Source of the DNA: a virus
Taxonomy: Duplodnaviria > Caudoviricetes
Reading direction: 5' to 3' (one strand)
Virus record (IMG/VR): IMGVR_UViG_3300005512_000285
Span: 1 to 26,372 of that record
Length of the DNA stretch: 26,372 nucleotides
Positions within the stretch are counted from its first letter, which is position 1, and every line of letters begins with the position of its first letter. The notes beneath the pieces are model-generated. The model did no database searches, had not been told where the DNA came from, and saw only the letters and a program-made list of their open reading frames with translations. Position numbers and translations under genes: made by a program. This document shows, one piece after another, positions 24,497 to 26,372 of the stretch.

Positions 24497-24840
24497 AAAC
24501 TCAAAGTGCGAAAGCAAAAGGTAGACGACTCCAACAATGGGTTCGTGACCAACTAATAGAACAACTGGAAGTTCATCCAGAAGATATTGAATCGAGAAGT
24601 ATGGGCGCTGGTGGGGAAGACCTCATCATGGCTCGTGCTGCTCGATCAAAATTTCCCTATTCAATCGAATGCAAAAATGTAGAGAAACTTAATGTTTGGG
24701 ATGCATATGCTCAAGCACAAGAAAACAGTGGCGAATATGAACCCATAGTTGTTATGAAGAAGAACGGTAAGAAACCACTAGTGGTTGTTGATGCCGAGTA
24801 TTTTGTGAGGTTACATAATGAAAAAGGTTCTGATATTTAA
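24493..24840 (+). CDS. PD-(D/E)XK nuclease, Holliday junction resolvase (Hjc)-like
   Basis: SAKAKGRRLQQW, GAGGEDL, YSIECKN; start at ATG 24493 (or 24487). Confidence 0.65.
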   Translation: MKTQSAKAKGRRLQQWVRDQLIEQLEVHPEDIESRSMGAGGEDLIMARAARSKFPYSIECKNVEKLNVWDAYAQAQENSGEYEPIVVMKKNGKKPLVVVDAEYFVRLHNEKGSDI

Positions 24841-25672
24841 CGATACACAAAACTATCATCACGGCTGTTCTAAAGTGATAGAATATTTACACAAGGACTT
24901 AACTGATAATGGTTATACCATTTTAGGTTCTATTCGTGGTAATAGTGATGTAGTTCCTAATGTTCAGATGCAGTTCATCGAAGCAGATTTGATTTTAATT
25001 AACGGTGAAGGAACAATGCATCATAATAGAGTTGTTCCACATCAACTATTAGAAATCCTTAGAAGTGCAAAGACACTAGGAAAAAAGACTGCTCTAATCA
25101 ATACTGTTTGGCAAGACATGAGACTAGACCAAGAAATGAAAGAGGTTCTAAGAGATACCTACATTTCAGTTCGTGAAGTGTTATCACAACAAGAGTTAGA
25201 AAAAGACGATATTAAATCTGATATTCATTTAGATTTATCTTACTTCAATGATGTTCCAGACCAAGTTGAGCTACAATATCCAAAAGAATTGGTTATTGGA
25301 AAGTTTTTTATGCAAAAGGATTATCGTCCAAAAGGAATTAATCATATAGATATTTTTAAAGACGATTGGAATACAGTTGTGAATATTCTAAGAGGAACAA
25401 AATGGTTTGTTACTGGTAGACATCACGAACTATATGCATCATGTAAAGCAAGATGTTACTTCTCTGCACTAGATGGAAATACACATAAGAATGTTGGTTT
25501 GATGAAAACTGCTGGTGTAGAAATTCCTATTGAAAGTCCTCAACTAAGTCATTCTAGAATTCCAGAATTTATTGATAAGTGTAAAGAGCGAAAGAAAGAA
25601 TACGATTTACTTTTTGATTGGATGGAAAGTCAACCCAAGTGGACTTGTGCAAAAATGTCACGGCTGTTTTGA
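24818..25672 (+). CDS. Polysaccharide pyruvyl transferase-like protein
   Basis: HHGC, LINGEGTMHH, ISVREVLS, DLS, FVTGRHH, NTHK motifs. Confidence 0.6.
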   Translation: MKKVLIFNDTQNYHHGCSKVIEYLHKDLTDNGYTILGSIRGNSDVVPNVQMQFIEADLILINGEGTMHHNRVVPHQLLEILRSAKTLGKKTALINTVWQDMRLDQEMKEVLRDTYISVREVLSQQELEKDDIKSDIHLDLSYFNDVPDQVELQYPKELVIGKFFMQKDYRPKGINHIDIFKDDWNTVVNILRGTKWFVTGRHHELYASCKARCYFSALDGNTHKNVGLMKTAGVEIPIESPQLSHSRIPEFIDKCKERKKEYDLLFDWMESQPKWTCAKMSRLF

Positions 25673-25714
25673 CAAACAAACCTCAATGAAACGTCAATAT
25701 TACTGACTTTATTT

Positions 25715-25722
25715 TATAAATA
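25715..25722 (+). promoter_or_regulatory. T4-type late promoter
   Basis: Exact TATAAATA in intergenic DNA upstream of a strong SD. Confidence 0.65.
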
Positions 25723-25751
25723 AATGCGTAACACCCCAAAGGAGATAACCA

Positions 25752-25817
25752 ATGTGGCCTTACACTGATGAGGAATGGGAACAATTGAGCCCATCCAAAC
25801 AAACAAAACCTAATTGA
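25752..25817 (+). CDS. Micro-ORF (21 aa) MWPYTDEEWEQLSPSKQTKPN
   Basis: SD AAAGGAGA upstream, late promoter, hairpin immediately after the stop. Confidence 0.5.
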   Translation: MWPYTDEEWEQLSPSKQTKPN

Positions 25818-25818
25818 T

Positions 25819-25837
25819 TGGGATGCTTTGCATCCCA
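25819..25837 (+). other. Stem-loop TGGGATGC-TTT-GCATCCCA
   Basis: Perfect 8-bp stem; no clear U tract. Confidence 0.6.
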
Positions 25838-25864
25838 TTAACCGTTTTAGAGGTATGAAATAAA

Positions 25865-26023
25865 ATGTCAAAATGGATTGCAAAACTGTTTCAAACAAAA
25901 CCAAAAACAACCGATATCATTCGTTTTATTAGAACTGAATATGCCAACGATACAAAACATCTAAGGGATGAGGACGTTCTATCTTATTATGAATACATCA
26001 CACACAAAAGGAGAATAAAATAA
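25865..26023 (+). CDS. Small hypothetical protein (52 aa), not in the ORF track
   Basis: MSKWIAKLFQ...DIIRFIRTEYANDTKHL...KRRIK*; GAGGT upstream; TAATG overlap with next gene. Confidence 0.6.
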   Translation: MSKWIAKLFQTKPKTTDIIRFIRTEYANDTKHLRDEDVLSYYEYITHKRRIK

Positions 26024-26229
26024 TGTCCATAGGACTAGTATTAAATCACACATACAAACAGACTTGTGAAATCTGCGATTGGATTTCTAAAATGGCACAG
26101 ATTGCATTTGTTGCTGTTATTGCTTTCGGTGAGAGTGCCGGAAGAGCAAGAGCTGCATCGCATCTTTCCAGCATGGGGTACTATGAGGAAGCAAAGGCGT
26201 TGATGTTAAAGGAAGATAAAGACGATTAG
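26023..26229 (+). CDS. Small hypothetical protein (68 aa)
   Basis: SD AAGGAGA; ...GESAGRARAASHLSSMGYYEEAKALM. Confidence 0.65.
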   Translation: MSIGLVLNHTYKQTCEICDWISKMAQIAFVAVIAFGESAGRARAASHLSSMGYYEEAKALMLKEDKDD

Positions 26230-26332
26230 TCTGCGAATCACCCAACCCGATTCGTCCTATATTCCCATTTTTGGGTAAAAACTAGGAATATATTCCCGCT
26301 CGGGACAAAAATAATTTCAAAAAAATGATAAG

Positions 26333-26356
26333 CCCCTGTTTTTACAGGGGTTTTTT
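26333..26356 (+). terminator. Rho-independent terminator
   Basis: CCCCTGT-TTTT-ACAGGGG followed by TTTTTT. Confidence 0.75.
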
Positions 26357-26372
26357 CAGCACTTTTTTTCAC

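Noticed and set aside
779-25910. All minus-strand ORFs in the track (e.g. 22164-22805, 6373-6747, 11433-11765, 25683-25910)
   Set aside because: They lie antisense to well-supported + strand genes or regulatory elements, lack motifs and SD sites, and look like shadow ORFs.
1-26372. tRNA genes, CRISPR arrays, IS elements, stop-codon recoding
   Set aside because: No cloverleafs, regularly spaced repeats or transposase motifs noticed; core genes read intact in the standard code and TAA, TAG and TGA all act as stops.

Overview
AT-rich, densely packed, entirely + strand segment of a large T4-like myovirus (marine cyanophage/pelagiphage-like organisation). Order: 3' end of family-B DNA polymerase (gp43); an accessory block of amino-DNA methyltransferase, GNAT acetyltransferase, DUF262-like/HNH nuclease, small ORF and 2OG-Fe(II) oxygenase, sitting where uvsX usually lies in marine T4-likes; gp41 helicase; a ~12 kb late-promoter block (6377-18064) whose proteins repeatedly start with peptides resembling the T4 capsid-targeting sequence and contain [ILVM]-x-E motifs like prohead-protease sites, including a KxDG ligase-fold protein, an 861-aa HxGH nucleotidyltransferase polyprotein, a 630-aa modular polyprotein and a HAD phosphatase; a putative holin/spanin cassette with a DUF1353-like protein; gp61 primase; nrdA and a glutaredoxin-nrdB fusion; a resolvase-like nuclease; a polysaccharide-pyruvyltransferase-like gene; small ORFs and structured non-coding DNA. 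Best candidates for novelty: (1) a capsid-packaged, protease-processed enzyme/effector payload and (2) a clamp-tethered DNA methyltransferase island with a GmrSD-like nuclease behind a pseudoknotted leader. All family assignments come from motif recognition by eye; no database searches were run.
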